DNA of 64,000 bases, taken from the NCBI GenBank assembly GCA_032249735.1, contig JAVVHA010000012.1:6346-70345 (forward strand), read 5' to 3'. How positions within the stretch are numbered: position 1 is the first letter of the stretch; every line of letters begins with the position of its first letter. The translations under genes and the position numbers were made by a program. Of the stretch, positions 28,544-38,447 are shown piece by piece. Origin of the DNA: Dehalococcoidia bacterium. GTDB taxonomy: Bacteria > Chloroflexota > Dehalococcoidia > SM23-28-2 > HRBIN24. The notes under the pieces are model-generated. The model was not told the DNA's origin, made no database searches, and saw nothing but the letters and a program-made list of their open reading frames with translations.

Positions 28544-30729
28544 CGGCGGGCCTCCCCGAGGGAGACAGGCACCTCCACCACCTGTACGCGCAGCTGCTTC
28601 TCCAGATAGGGGCGCAGGCGGAGGGCGGTCTGGTTATGCAGGAGGCCCTCCCACCAGTGCCGGATGCGCAGCCTGGGCAGGAGCACCACCACCTGGCCAC
28701 CGTCCCGGCACATGTACTCCAGGCAGGCCAGCATGGGCGTCACAAAGGCCCTATAGGGGGACTCGATGATGACTAGAGGGATATCAGGTAGCAGCCTCTC
28801 CCACCGCTGGCGCAGGCGCTGGGCCTCCTCGGGCTGGTCGGTGACGTGGACAGCGGTGATCCGCCCTCCCCACTCCCTGGCCAAGCGCACCGCCGCCAGG
28901 GCCACCCGGTTTATATCTTCCACAGGGATGACGAAGTGTCGCACCACACCCCCAGGCGAGAGGGGCACGCTGGCAGGGGCCCCTAGGGCCGCCACCTCCT
29001 CGTCCGTAACCTTCACCTGCTCCTCAAACCACTGATAATGACGCCGGATGAGCTGGAAGAGGACGATGAGGATCCCCATGAGGAGCAAGCTGATCCACGC
29101 CCCATGAACAAGCTTGGAGACCACCACGATGACCGCCACCACGCCCGTGGTAGCCGCTCCCACCCCATTTATGAGCATACTGAAGCGCCAGCCTGGTTCC
29201 CGCAGCCGCCACCACCTGCGCACCATCCCCGTCTGGGAAAGGGTGAAGGACACAAAGACGCCCACAGCATAGAGGGGGATGAGGCGGGTGACGCGCGCAT
29301 CGAAGACCACCAGCAACAGGGACGCCGCAACGGCCAGGGCTACGATGCCGTTGGTGAAGGCCAGACGGTCCCCCTTGAAGGTGAACTGACGTGGCATGTG
29401 GCCATCGCCGGCCAGTATGGCCGAGACACGGGGGAAGTCGGCGAAGGAGGTGTTGGCGGCCATGAACAACACCGTGGCCGTGGCCGCCTGGTAAATGTAG
29501 TACAGGGGGTTATCCCCCAAAACCTCTCGCCCCAGCTGGGATACCAGCGTATCCTCCTCGCGAGGCACCAGGCCGTAGCGGCTGGCCAGGAAAGTGATGC
29601 CAAAGAAAAGATAGGCCAGGATCACACCCATCCACGCCGCGGTGGTACGGGCATTCTCGGCCTCGGGCGGCTTGAACGCCGGCACGCCATCGGCCATGGC
29701 CTCAATGCCTGTGAGGGCGGTGCTGCCCGAGGAGAAGGCCCTTAGCACAAGTAGCACCCCCAGCGCTTCATGAGCCGTAACGGGCTCCCGTAGGGGCGCC
29801 GCCTCCCATAGGGTGCCAGGTGCCATGCCCAGGGCCACCTTCGCCAGCCCCATAGCCACCACACCACCCATGGACAAGATGAAGAAATAGGTGGGAATAG
29901 AGAAGATGGTCCCCGATTCCCTTACGCCCCGCAGATGGCCCCAGGCGAAAAGGACCACCACAGCCACGGACATGGGCACGCGCCACGTCAGAAGGCCAGG
30001 GACAGCCGAGGTGATGGCCGCCACCCCCGCCGCCACGCTCACCGCCACCGTCAGGGTATAGTCCACCAGGAGGGCGGCCGCCGCCACCAGGCCTGGCAAC
30101 TTCCCCAGGTTCTCCTTCGCTACTCTGTAAGCTCCACCACCCTGGGGATAGGCTTTGATGGTCTGACGGTACGATGTAACCACTACGGCCATAAGGGCCA
30201 CGATGGCGGCGGCGATGGGCAGGGACAAACGCATGGCGCCCGCCCCCGCTGCCGCCAAGACGATGAGGATCTCCTCCGTGGCATATGCCGAGCTGGAGAG
30301 TGCATCGGACGAGAAGACGGCCAGGGCCTTTATCTTGCTCAGCCGCTCGTGGATGGCCTGGGAGGTGGCGAAGGGGCTGCCGATGAGGACCCGCCTTAGG
30401 CCTGCCCAGTATCGGCCCAGGGCGTCCCTGGGCAGGCTCCCTAGGGGAGTGGCCGCCAAGTGGCGAGGACCTACCTTGGTGAGCATCTGGCGGCGGGGCA
30501 CGATGCGAAGGTAGGGCGTGCGGGAGGTGGTGCCATAGCGGACCTCTCGCACCTCGATGTCCGCCTCCGGGCTCAATGCCCCTCTCTCCTGACGAGGCAC
30601 CACTATCCGCGTGTGGACCTCAGATGGTGGCGCCGGCGGCGCCTTGGGCTCCTGGGGCTCCTCCCTAACGCCCGGTCTTCTCACCCGAACGAAGGAAGGG
30701 CCGCGATCCCTCCGCTGCGACGTGGACAT
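28540..30729 (-). CDS. APC-superfamily transporter (KimA-like) with a C-terminal USP-like cytoplasmic domain
   Basis: RLSKIKALAVFSSDALSSSAYATEEIL and 12 TM segments typical of the APC/KimA family. The C-terminal roughly 150 aa are a USP-like alpha/beta domain. A roughly 100-aa Arg/Pro-rich N-terminal extension means the start is uncertain. Confidence 0.75.
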   Translation of the reverse strand: MSTSQRRDRGPSFVRVRRPGVREEPQEPKAPPAPPSEVHTRIVVPRQERGALSPEADIEVREVRYGTTSRTPYLRIVPRRQMLTKVGPRHLAATPLGSLPRDALGRYWAGLRRVLIGSPFATSQAIHERLSKIKALAVFSSDALSSSAYATEEILIVLAAAGAGAMRLSLPIAAAIVALMAVVVTSYRQTIKAYPQGGGAYRVAKENLGKLPGLVAAAALLVDYTLTVAVSVAAGVAAITSAVPGLLTWRVPMSVAVVVLFAWGHLRGVRESGTIFSIPTYFFILSMGGVVAMGLAKVALGMAPGTLWEAAPLREPVTAHEALGVLLVLRAFSSGSTALTGIEAMADGVPAFKPPEAENARTTAAWMGVILAYLFFGITFLASRYGLVPREEDTLVSQLGREVLGDNPLYYIYQAATATVLFMAANTSFADFPRVSAILAGDGHMPRQFTFKGDRLAFTNGIVALAVAASLLLVVFDARVTRLIPLYAVGVFVSFTLSQTGMVRRWWRLREPGWRFSMLINGVGAATTGVVAVIVVVSKLVHGAWISLLLMGILIVLFQLIRRHYQWFEEQVKVTDEEVAALGAPASVPLSPGGVVRHFVIPVEDINRVALAAVRLAREWGGRITAVHVTDQPEEAQRLRQRWERLLPDIPLVIIESPYRAFVTPMLACLEYMCRDGGQVVVLLPRLRIRHWWEGLLHNQTALRLRPYLEKQLRVQVVEVPVSLGEARR

Positions 30730-30789
30730 GGACGCGAAGCCTTCATCCCCAAAGATAAAAGCTTAGCATCCCACCGTAACCCATGCCAC

Positions 30790-33174
30790 TCAGCCAGGGG
30801 TGGGCGTGGGAGTGGGGGTGGGCGTGGGCGTAAGTGTGGGAGTGGCCGTGGGCGTGGGTGTGCGTGTGGGTGTGGGAGTGGGTGTGGGCGTGGGGCTGGG
30901 AAGGGGTGAAGGGCTGGGCATGGGAGTGGGGGTGGGGGTCACCTCGGGCGGCGCCCCTCCAGTGGGGGATGGACATATCCCCCCCTTGCTCACAGGGACC
31001 CTGGCGGCAAATACCTCCTGCCTGCCCTGACACTCGGCGAAAACGACATCGCCCGGCACGCGGAAGGAACGGGGCGGCAGGCCTAGGTAGTTGTGCGCCT
31101 TCTCCATGAAAGCCCGCCAGATGGGCCCCGCCCCCGCGAAGCTGAAAGCCCCTTGGGCCATGGGTGTGCCATCGGCGTTGCCCATCCATACCCCCACCGC
31201 CAGGTCAGGGGTGTAACCCATCACCACGTTGTCCTGGAAACGGTCCTGGGTGCCCGTCTTGCTGGCTGCCGGCCGGTCGATGGTGAGCCCCGACCAATGG
31301 ATGGCGTCCTTATAGAGGATGTCGGTGATCATGTAGGCGAAGGCAGGCCGTATCACCTGCTCGCTGCGCGGCTCGTGGGTGTATAGCACCCTCCCCTCCC
31401 CGTCCTCGATGCGCAGGACGGCCGCTGGATCCAAGGTGCGGAACCCACTGGGCAGATTCTCCACAGTGGGCATCCCCACCATGAGGCCGTTATTGGCCAG
31501 GGTGGCAAAGGCGAAGGTCATGTCCAGAAGCTTCACCTCGCAAGCTCCCAGGGTGACCACCGGCCCGCAGTTCTCGTTCACCCTCTCCTTGGTGAGGCCC
31601 CGACACTGCTCATAGCCCAGGCAAGTGAGGCCCATAGTGATGGCAGTGCGGACGACGGCTTCGTCGCCCATGGCCAGGACCGTGCGCACAGCCGCCGTGT
31701 TCACCGACTCCGCCAAGGCCTTGCGCACCGTGATGCGCCCCTGATACTTGAAGTCCCAGTTCTGGACAGTGTGGCCGCCGATGGTAAGGGGGGCATCTTC
31801 GACGACGGTAGAGGGGACCCATCCCCGTGAGAAGGCAGTAAGATATGTGAAGACTTTCATGGCCGAGCCGTGGGACCTGGGGGAGACGGCGATGTTCACG
31901 TTGCCATCGATGTCATCCCGGAAGTAGTCGCGGGAGCCCACCATGGCCAATATCTCCCCCGTCTGAGGGACGATGGCCACCACAGCAGCGTTGTGCCCGC
32001 CGTAGCACTCCTCCCGGGAGGCCCTGCGCCCCAGGCGCGTACACCATACTTCGGCCGCCAGCTCCTCGTTGACCACCCGCTCACCGAGACGCTGTAGCCC
32101 CAGGTCCAGGGTGGTGACGATGCGCAGCCCCCCCTTGTAGACCACCTCATCGCAGCTGATGCCCTTGGGGGGCTTGAACATCCCCTTCTTGCACATCTTC
32201 ACCACCTGCTCCTGAGCGAAGAAAACGAAGTGGGGGGCCTCGATGGGGAACTGGCCGGGCTTTATCTGCACCGACTGACGCTTGGCGGCCTCGATCTCCT
32301 GAGGGGTGATGACCACACCCCTTTGCTGAAGGGGCGGGAGCTGATTGACCTCGTCCAGGTGCTTCAGCATGAGATCTAGGACCTGCTGGCGGCGGGCCTC
32401 GGCTCGCTCCCGGTTCTCGGCATTCGTGGGGGAATAGAGGGCAGGCGACTGGGGTATGCCGGCCAAAAGGGCCGCCTCGGCCAGGGTGAGGTCGCGGGCC
32501 GACTTGCCAAAATAGCGCTGGGCGGCCGCCTCCACCCCATAGGCGTTGTTGCCGTAGAAGACCTGGTTCAGGTACCACTCTAGGATCTGGTCATCGTCGT
32601 AGAGGCGCTTCATCTCCAGGGCCAGCACTATCTCCTTTAGCTTGCGTTGAACCTTCCTCTCAAACCTCTCCTCCTCGCTGATGTAGAGATTACGCACTAG
32701 CTGCTGAGTAAGGGAGCTGCCGCCACTCCCTTTGAGGAACCCTGGCCCGAAGGGGGTAAAGTTCTCCAGGAAGGCCCTGGCCAGGCCGCGGAAGTTGACC
32801 CCAGGATTGTGGTAGAAGCTGGCGTCCTCCACAGCGATGGTGGCAGCGATCATGTAGGGCGAGATGTCCGAGAGAGGCACCGGGTCGTGGAGGCCTAGCA
32901 GGGGGTCCACCGCTTGGTACAAGAACTGGCCGTTGCGGTCGTAGAAGGTGCTGCCCTGCCACGACCTCTGGGCGATAATGGCCGTGGGAGGCACCAGATC
33001 ATCGGCATAGAGCTGGTATATGGCATAGGCTGCCCCCGCCCCTCCGGCGGCCATGAGGACCCCCACCAGCAGGAGCAAAGCCAAAACCGCCCCTAGCTTG
33101 GCCTTGCTAGCCCCCTGGCGATGGCCCACCGCCCGCCGCTGCCGCCACCGCCGTACCTGCACTCCCCGCCTCAT
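30790..33174 (-). CDS. Class A penicillin-binding protein (bifunctional transglycosylase/transpeptidase) with a C-terminal Pro/Thr-rich repeat
   Basis: GT51 motifs (EDASFYHNPGVNFRGL, GGSSLTQQL), a transpeptidase domain, a TM anchor, and a C-terminal (TP)n tail. Confidence 0.9.
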   Translation of the reverse strand: MRRGVQVRRWRQRRAVGHRQGASKAKLGAVLALLLLVGVLMAAGGAGAAYAIYQLYADDLVPPTAIIAQRSWQGSTFYDRNGQFLYQAVDPLLGLHDPVPLSDISPYMIAATIAVEDASFYHNPGVNFRGLARAFLENFTPFGPGFLKGSGGSSLTQQLVRNLYISEEERFERKVQRKLKEIVLALEMKRLYDDDQILEWYLNQVFYGNNAYGVEAAAQRYFGKSARDLTLAEAALLAGIPQSPALYSPTNAENRERAEARRQQVLDLMLKHLDEVNQLPPLQQRGVVITPQEIEAAKRQSVQIKPGQFPIEAPHFVFFAQEQVVKMCKKGMFKPPKGISCDEVVYKGGLRIVTTLDLGLQRLGERVVNEELAAEVWCTRLGRRASREECYGGHNAAVVAIVPQTGEILAMVGSRDYFRDDIDGNVNIAVSPRSHGSAMKVFTYLTAFSRGWVPSTVVEDAPLTIGGHTVQNWDFKYQGRITVRKALAESVNTAAVRTVLAMGDEAVVRTAITMGLTCLGYEQCRGLTKERVNENCGPVVTLGACEVKLLDMTFAFATLANNGLMVGMPTVENLPSGFRTLDPAAVLRIEDGEGRVLYTHEPRSEQVIRPAFAYMITDILYKDAIHWSGLTIDRPAASKTGTQDRFQDNVVMGYTPDLAVGVWMGNADGTPMAQGAFSFAGAGPIWRAFMEKAHNYLGLPPRSFRVPGDVVFAECQGRQEVFAARVPVSKGGICPSPTGGAPPEVTPTPTPMPSPSPLPSPTPTPTPTPTRTPTPTATPTLTPTPTPTPTPTPG
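30795..30945. repeat. Degenerate GTGGGN hexanucleotide tandem repeat encoding the PBP (Thr-Pro)n linker
   Basis: Plus-strand gggtgggcgtgggagtggg... runs on for about 150 bp. Confidence 0.7.
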
Positions 33175-33920
33175 GCCGTCCTCTTAAGGATAACGAAGTG
33201 GGAGAGCCCCAAGATGCGCAGGGGGGTGGCCTCTAGGGCCTGCAGGCGCCGCAACGCCCTCCCCACAACCCCCCACCGGGCGATAGCGTGGTCGAAGCCG
33301 GGGAACACCTGGGTATGCACCACCACCTGCACATTGAGGTCGCGCCACAGGCGTCTCAAGGAGCTGGTGGTATAGGCCCGGGCGTGAGGGACCAGGTGGC
33401 GCCGCAACCCGTCGGGCAGATAATTCACCAGAGGTATGTTGCCAAAGATATAGCGCCGCCCTAAATAGACGCCGTGCGTCTCAAAGGGATATAACCGGTT
33501 GGGGGTGAAGATGACGATGTGCCCTCCGGGCACCACCACCCGCCAACACTCCCGCAGGGTGGCGGCATCGTCCTGGACGTGCTCCAGCACCTCGTGCAAA
33601 AGGACCACATGGAAGACCTCGTCCTTGAAGGGGAGGTGCTCACCCACGGCCAGCGCCAGCCCGTCCACCTTCTTGGCCCCCGCTCGCACCCGCTGGGCAT
33701 CCACGTCCACTCCCCAGACGTAGGGGGAGAGGAGGCGCAGACGCCGCACAAAGGCGCCGATGCCACACCCCACGTCCAGGATGCGCCTGCCAGCCAGGGG
33801 CACATAACGCAGCACCATCCGCAGGCGGCGCTCCAGCCCTGCCGTCCATATGTAGCTGGGGTGCCCAAGGGAGGTGCACCACATCTCCTGGCCCCAAGCT
33901 CCTCTCGCTCTAGCCTTCAT
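33171..33920 (-). CDS. Class I SAM-dependent methyltransferase (type 11)
   Basis: ILDVGCGIGAF (motif I), VLLHEVLEHV, and PGGHIVIF. An ATGA overlap with the PBP gene. Confidence 0.8.
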   Translation of the reverse strand: MKARARGAWGQEMWCTSLGHPSYIWTAGLERRLRMVLRYVPLAGRRILDVGCGIGAFVRRLRLLSPYVWGVDVDAQRVRAGAKKVDGLALAVGEHLPFKDEVFHVVLLHEVLEHVQDDAATLRECWRVVVPGGHIVIFTPNRLYPFETHGVYLGRRYIFGNIPLVNYLPDGLRRHLVPHARAYTTSSLRRLWRDLNVQVVVHTQVFPGFDHAIARWGVVGRALRRLQALEATPLRILGLSHFVILKRTA

Positions 33921-33977
33921 GGGGTCTGCACCCTATAATAGACCCCGCCTACCCTATCGTCAGCCAAGGGGGGAGCC

Positions 33978-34268
33978 ATGCCCCTGAGCCGTGAGGAAGT
34001 GCAGCATCTGGCCCTCCTGGTACGCCTGGGCCTTAGTGAGGAGGAGGTGGAGACCTTCCGTCATCAGCTGTCGCAGGTGCTGGATCACTTCCGCATCCTT
34101 CAGGAGCTGGACACCACGGACGTGCCGCCCACAGCCCACGTCCTGCCCCTCACCAACGTCATGCGCGACGATGTCCCTGCCCCTTCCCTGCCGGTGGAGG
34201 AGGTACTGGCCAACGCCCCCCAACGGGAGGGGGATTATTTCCGCGTGCGGGCCGTCCTCGAGGAGTGA
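33978..34268 (+). CDS. gatC: Asp-tRNA(Asn)/Glu-tRNA(Gln) amidotransferase subunit C
   Basis: 96 aa, with [21 protein letters not shown]. Confidence 0.9.
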   Translation: MPLSREEVQHLALLVRLGLSEEEVETFRHQLSQVLDHFRILQELDTTDVPPTAHVLPLTNVMRDDVPAPSLPVEEVLANAPQREGDYFRVRAVLEE

Positions 34269-34271
34269 GGC

Positions 34272-35735
34272 GTGAGCGAGCCCCTCTACGCCCTCACCAT
34301 CCATGAGGCTGCTGAGCTATTGCGCCGCCGAGAGATCACCTCCCTGGAGCTCACTGAATCTGTTTTGCACCGTATCCAGGAGACGGAGCCCCATCTCAAT
34401 GCTTTTATCACTATCACCGCCGACCTAGCCCTGGCCCAGGCACGCCAAGCTGATGAGCGGCTAGAGCGGGGCGAGGCCCATCCCCTGACAGGGGTGCCAG
34501 CGGCCATCAAGGACATCATCTGCACTAAGGGCGTCCGCACCACCTGCGGCTCCCATATGCTGGAGAACTACATCCCCCCATATGACGCCACAGCCATAGA
34601 GAGGCTGCGCCGGGTGGGTATGGTCATGGTGGGCAAGACCAACATGGACGAGTTCGCCATGGGCTCCTCGGGGGAGAACTCGGCCTTCGGGCCCACCCAT
34701 AACCCCTGGGACCTGGAGCGGGTCCCCGGCGGCTCTTCCTCCGGCTCGGCGGCGGCGGTGGCCGCCCAGCAGTGCATCTACTCCCTAGGCAGCGATACAG
34801 GCGGCAGCATCCGCCAACCGGCGGCCCTGTGCGGCGTGGTGGGGTTCAAGCCCACCTACGGACGTGTCTCCCGTTATGGGCTGGTGGCCTTCGCCTCCTC
34901 CCTAGACCAGATCGGCCCCATCACGAAAGATGTGCGGGACGCCGCCCTGGTCCTAGGGGTCATCGCTGGCCATGACCCCCTCGACTCCACCTCCGCCCCC
35001 GTGGCAGTCCCTGACTACACCGCGGCCCTGGTCCCTGACCTTAAGGGGGTCCGTGTGGGAGTGCCCAAGGAGTACCTGGGTGAGGGACTAGATAAAGGAT
35101 CGCGGGAGGCCGTCATGGCGGCCATAGGCGTCTTGCAGGAGCTGGGGGCGGAGGTAGACTGGGAGGTCTCCCTTCCTACCACCCCTTATGCCCTGGCCTG
35201 CTACTATATCATCGCCCCCAGCGAGGCCTCGGCCAACCTGGCCCGATACGACGGGGTCAAGTACGGTTTCTCTTACACCGAGGGCGCCTCCATGTGGGAG
35301 AATATGGAAAAGACACGTCAGTACGGGTTCGGCATGGAGGTGAAGCGGCGCATCATGCTGGGGGCCTATGCCCTCTCCGCCGGCTACTACGATGCCTACT
35401 ATCTGAAGGCCCTCAGGGTGCGGACCCTCATCTGCCGTGAATTTGAGGCCGCCTTCCAAAGCCATGACGTGCTGGTGACCCCCGTCTCCCCCACCCCAGC
35501 CTTCCGCCTGGGGGAGAAGGTTCACGACCCCCTGCAGATGTATCTGAGCGATATCTTCACCATCCCCATCAACATCGCCGGGCTGCCGGCCATCTCTGTG
35601 CCCTGTGGGTTCAGCCAGGGCCTGCCTGTGGGGCTGCAGATCATCGGCCGCCCCTTTGAGGAGGCCACCGTCCTGCGGGTAGCCTACGCCTACGAGCAGG
35701 CCACCCCCTGGCACAACAGGAGGCCTCCCCTATGA
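34272..35735 (+). CDS. gatA: Asp-tRNA(Asn)/Glu-tRNA(Gln) amidotransferase subunit A
   Basis: Amidase signature ([22 protein letters not shown]). Confidence 0.95.
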   Translation: MSEPLYALTIHEAAELLRRREITSLELTESVLHRIQETEPHLNAFITITADLALAQARQADERLERGEAHPLTGVPAAIKDIICTKGVRTTCGSHMLENYIPPYDATAIERLRRVGMVMVGKTNMDEFAMGSSGENSAFGPTHNPWDLERVPGGSSSGSAAAVAAQQCIYSLGSDTGGSIRQPAALCGVVGFKPTYGRVSRYGLVAFASSLDQIGPITKDVRDAALVLGVIAGHDPLDSTSAPVAVPDYTAALVPDLKGVRVGVPKEYLGEGLDKGSREAVMAAIGVLQELGAEVDWEVSLPTTPYALACYYIIAPSEASANLARYDGVKYGFSYTEGASMWENMEKTRQYGFGMEVKRRIMLGAYALSAGYYDAYYLKALRVRTLICREFEAAFQSHDVLVTPVSPTPAFRLGEKVHDPLQMYLSDIFTIPINIAGLPAISVPCGFSQGLPVGLQIIGRPFEEATVLRVAYAYEQATPWHNRRPPL

Positions 35736-36220
35736 GCGCATCGGGCCTGGGCAAGGTGGTGGCCGTCTGCCTGAGCCCCCACCCGGGCATACCCAAATAC
35801 CCACAGGAGCGGGTGACGGTGGGGCCCTGGGGCATCGTGGGCGATTATCACGCCCGTCCCCACACCGTACACCCGCGCTGGGACGGAACGCGTCCCAACC
35901 GACGGCAGGTCAGCATCGTCGCTCGGGAAGTATACGCGGAGCTGGAGAGGGCCCTGGGCATAAAGGTGCCTCCTGGGGGTTTCGCCGAAAACGTATTGGT
36001 GCAAGGCCTGGGCGACCTCTCCCACCTCCAGCCCGGCCAGCGCTTGCTCTTTTCCTCCGGTGTCGTGCTGGAGGTCACAGCCCAGAACATCCCCTGCAAG
36101 AACCTCGCCGTCTACCATCCCCAGGTCCCCAAGCTAGTCTACGGCCGGCGGGGGGTGGTGGCGGTGGTCGTGACCACGGGCACCATCTCCCCTGGCGACC
36201 TGGTGAGGATAGGGCCATGA
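35732..36220 (+). CDS. MOSC domain-containing protein
   Basis: A YiiM-like beta-barrel with a conserved Cys (NIPCKNL). ATGA-coupled to gatA. Confidence 0.75.
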   Translation: MSASGLGKVVAVCLSPHPGIPKYPQERVTVGPWGIVGDYHARPHTVHPRWDGTRPNRRQVSIVAREVYAELERALGIKVPPGGFAENVLVQGLGDLSHLQPGQRLLFSSGVVLEVTAQNIPCKNLAVYHPQVPKLVYGRRGVVAVVVTTGTISPGDLVRIGP

Positions 36221-36453
36221 GGGGGGAGCAGGTAAAGGTGGAGGCCTACGCCGGTGCCTTCTACCCCGAGGAGCCACGACGCGTCCGCTGGCAAGGACGT
36301 TGGCACCAGGTGCGGGAGATACTCCGCCGCTGGCAGGAACCCGGAGGCCGGTGCTTCGTTGTCGTCCTGGAGGGTGACATTAGGGCCCTCCTTTGCTACT
36401 ATCGAGACATCGATGGATGGGAGATAGCTCTTCCCGCAGGAGGAAGGAGTTGA
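36217..36453 (+). CDS. Small hypothetical protein
   Basis: 78 aa, ATGA-coupled to the MOSC gene. No recognisable family. Confidence 0.35.
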   Translation: MRGEQVKVEAYAGAFYPEEPRRVRWQGRWHQVREILRRWQEPGGRCFVVVLEGDIRALLCYYRDIDGWEIALPAGGRS

Positions 36454-37631
36454 GCGAGGGAGCGGTAGCATCGGGGCGTGACTTCATATCCCACCGGGTG
36501 CGATCCATCCCCGCCTCGGGCATCCGCCGCTTCTTCGACCTCATCGCCAGCATGGATGGCGTCATCTCCCTGGGAGTGGGGGAGCCGGACTTTGTCACTC
36601 CTGCCCCTTTCGCCCAGGCCGCCTTTCGAGCAGTACAGGCTGGCCATACCCACTACACGTCCAACTACGGGCTCTTGGCCCTGCGCCAGGCGGTGGCCCG
36701 GCACCTGGAGCGGCTATACGGCGTGCGCTATGACCCTGAGACGGAGATCATCATCACGGTGGGGGTCAGCGAGGGGCTCCTGCTGGCAGCCCACGCTGTG
36801 CTAGACCCAGGCGACGAGCTCCTGTGCCCCGACCCTTACTACGTGGCCTATCGCCCCATCTGTCTGCTGACGGGGTCCACCTTCGTGCCCGTGCCCACCA
36901 CCCCTGAGCTGGAGTTCCGCTTACAGCCCCAGGAACTGGAGGCGCGCATCACCCCTCGCTCCAAGGCTCTGCTTCTGGGCTACCCCGCCAACCCTACCGG
37001 CGCCCAGATGACCAGGGCAGACCTGGAGGCCATCGCTGCGGTGGTGGCCCGCCACGACCTGCTAGTCATCTCCGACGAGATCTACGACCGCCTGAGCTAC
37101 GATATCCCCCACACCTGCTTTGCTTCCCTGCCAGGGATGAAGGAGCGCACCATCCTTCTGGGAGGATTCTCCAAGGCCTATGCCCTCACCGGCTGGCGGG
37201 TGGGATGGGCCTGCGCCCCCGCTCCCATCCTGGAGGCCATGATGAAGGTGCACCAGCACATCATCATGTCCGCCCCCACTCCTAGCCAGTACGCCGCCCT
37301 GGCCGCCCTGGAGGAGGGAGAGGAGGAGTGCCGGCGCATGGTGGAGGACTTCGACCGGCGACGCCAACTGGTGATACAGGGGTTACAGGACCTGGGTCTC
37401 CCCTTCTCCCCTCCCAGGGGGGCCTTCTATGTCTTCCCCAGCGTGCGGTCGACGGGCCTGGACGACCTGGAGTTCGCTGAGCGGCTCCTGAGGGAGGAGA
37501 AAGTGGCCGTGATACCTGGCTCCGCCTTTGGGGAAGGGGGGCGGGGCCACGTGCGCATCTGCTATGCCGCACCCAGGCACCACATAGAAGAGGCCTTGGA
37601 GCGCATAAGGCGCTTTCTAAGCCGTATTTAG
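36450..37631 (+). CDS. Class I/II PLP-dependent aminotransferase (aspartate aminotransferase-like)
   Basis: IPASGIRRFFDL, GVGEPDFVTP, and a PLP-Lys region (GGFSKAYALTGWRVGWA). A TTG at 36450 with a GGAGG RBS is preferred over the ATG at 36414. Confidence 0.8.
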   Translation: MSEGAVASGRDFISHRVRSIPASGIRRFFDLIASMDGVISLGVGEPDFVTPAPFAQAAFRAVQAGHTHYTSNYGLLALRQAVARHLERLYGVRYDPETEIIITVGVSEGLLLAAHAVLDPGDELLCPDPYYVAYRPICLLTGSTFVPVPTTPELEFRLQPQELEARITPRSKALLLGYPANPTGAQMTRADLEAIAAVVARHDLLVISDEIYDRLSYDIPHTCFASLPGMKERTILLGGFSKAYALTGWRVGWACAPAPILEAMMKVHQHIIMSAPTPSQYAALAALEEGEEECRRMVEDFDRRRQLVIQGLQDLGLPFSPPRGAFYVFPSVRSTGLDDLEFAERLLREEKVAVIPGSAFGEGGRGHVRICYAAPRHHIEEALERIRRFLSRI

Positions 37632-38446
37632 AGCCCTTGCCCTTGGGCATGCTCGAGGAAGTCGTGCACCGCCTGGGGCGCCCCAGCCACCACCCTATTG
37701 GTGGCCAAGGTAGCAGGCCTCCCATCCCAGTCCACCACCAGCCCTCCAGCCTCCTCCACTAGGAGGATACCCGCTGCCACATCCCACGGCTTCAGGTTAC
37801 AGTGCACGTATAGGTCCAGCCTTCCGCAGGCAGCATAGGCCAGCCCCAGGGCCGCCGAGCCCAAAAGGCGAATGCCCAACATGTGAGGCCACATGGCCAC
37901 CACCCGCCGCAAGAGGCGGCCCGCCAACTCATCGTCGTAGCCCAGGTCAAGGCCCACCAGCGACCGCGCCACGGAGGGGGCATCGCTGACCCTTAGGGAC
38001 CCGCCGTTGAGCATGGCCCCTCCCCCGCGCAAGGCCACGAACTCCTCCCCCAAAAGGGGGTCAAAGGTGAGGGCCAGAACAGGCTCTCCCTGCCGGCAGA
38101 GGGCCAGGCTAAAGCAGAAGTGGGGAATGGCGCGAGAGAAGTTGTGGGTGCCGTCCAAAGGGTCCACCACCCAGGACCACGCATCGTCCTGCTGGGGGGG
38201 CGATGCTGCCGTCTCCTCCGAGATGACCCGGTGATGAGGGAACTCGGCGCGAAGGATCGCCACCACTTCCCGCTCCACATCCACATCGGCCTGGGTGACG
38301 AAGTCGCGGCGCCCCTTGGCCTGCACCTGGTGCCGGCCCCCGAACCTCTGACGGAGGAGCTCGCCGGCGCAACGAGCACATGCCCTAGCCACCGCCAGGG
38401 CATCCTGGCCGCTCTCGCCCCTGGGGAGGTCTATGTGGGGAGCCAT
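37628..38446 (-). CDS. Inositol monophosphatase family protein (possible histidinol-phosphatase or SuhB)
   Basis: WVVDPLDGTHNF and further IMPase motifs. Confidence 0.85.
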   Translation of the reverse strand: MAPHIDLPRGESGQDALAVARACARCAGELLRQRFGGRHQVQAKGRRDFVTQADVDVEREVVAILRAEFPHHRVISEETAASPPQQDDAWSWVVDPLDGTHNFSRAIPHFCFSLALCRQGEPVLALTFDPLLGEEFVALRGGGAMLNGGSLRVSDAPSVARSLVGLDLGYDDELAGRLLRRVVAMWPHMLGIRLLGSAALGLAYAACGRLDLYVHCNLKPWDVAAGILLVEEAGGLVVDWDGRPATLATNRVVAGAPQAVHDFLEHAQGQGL

Positions 38447-38447
38447 C

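Noticed and set aside
30800-31109. ORFs encoding (GV)n / WEWxW repeats
   Set aside because: These are the opposite-strand and alternate-frame readings of the PBP Thr-Pro linker microsatellite.
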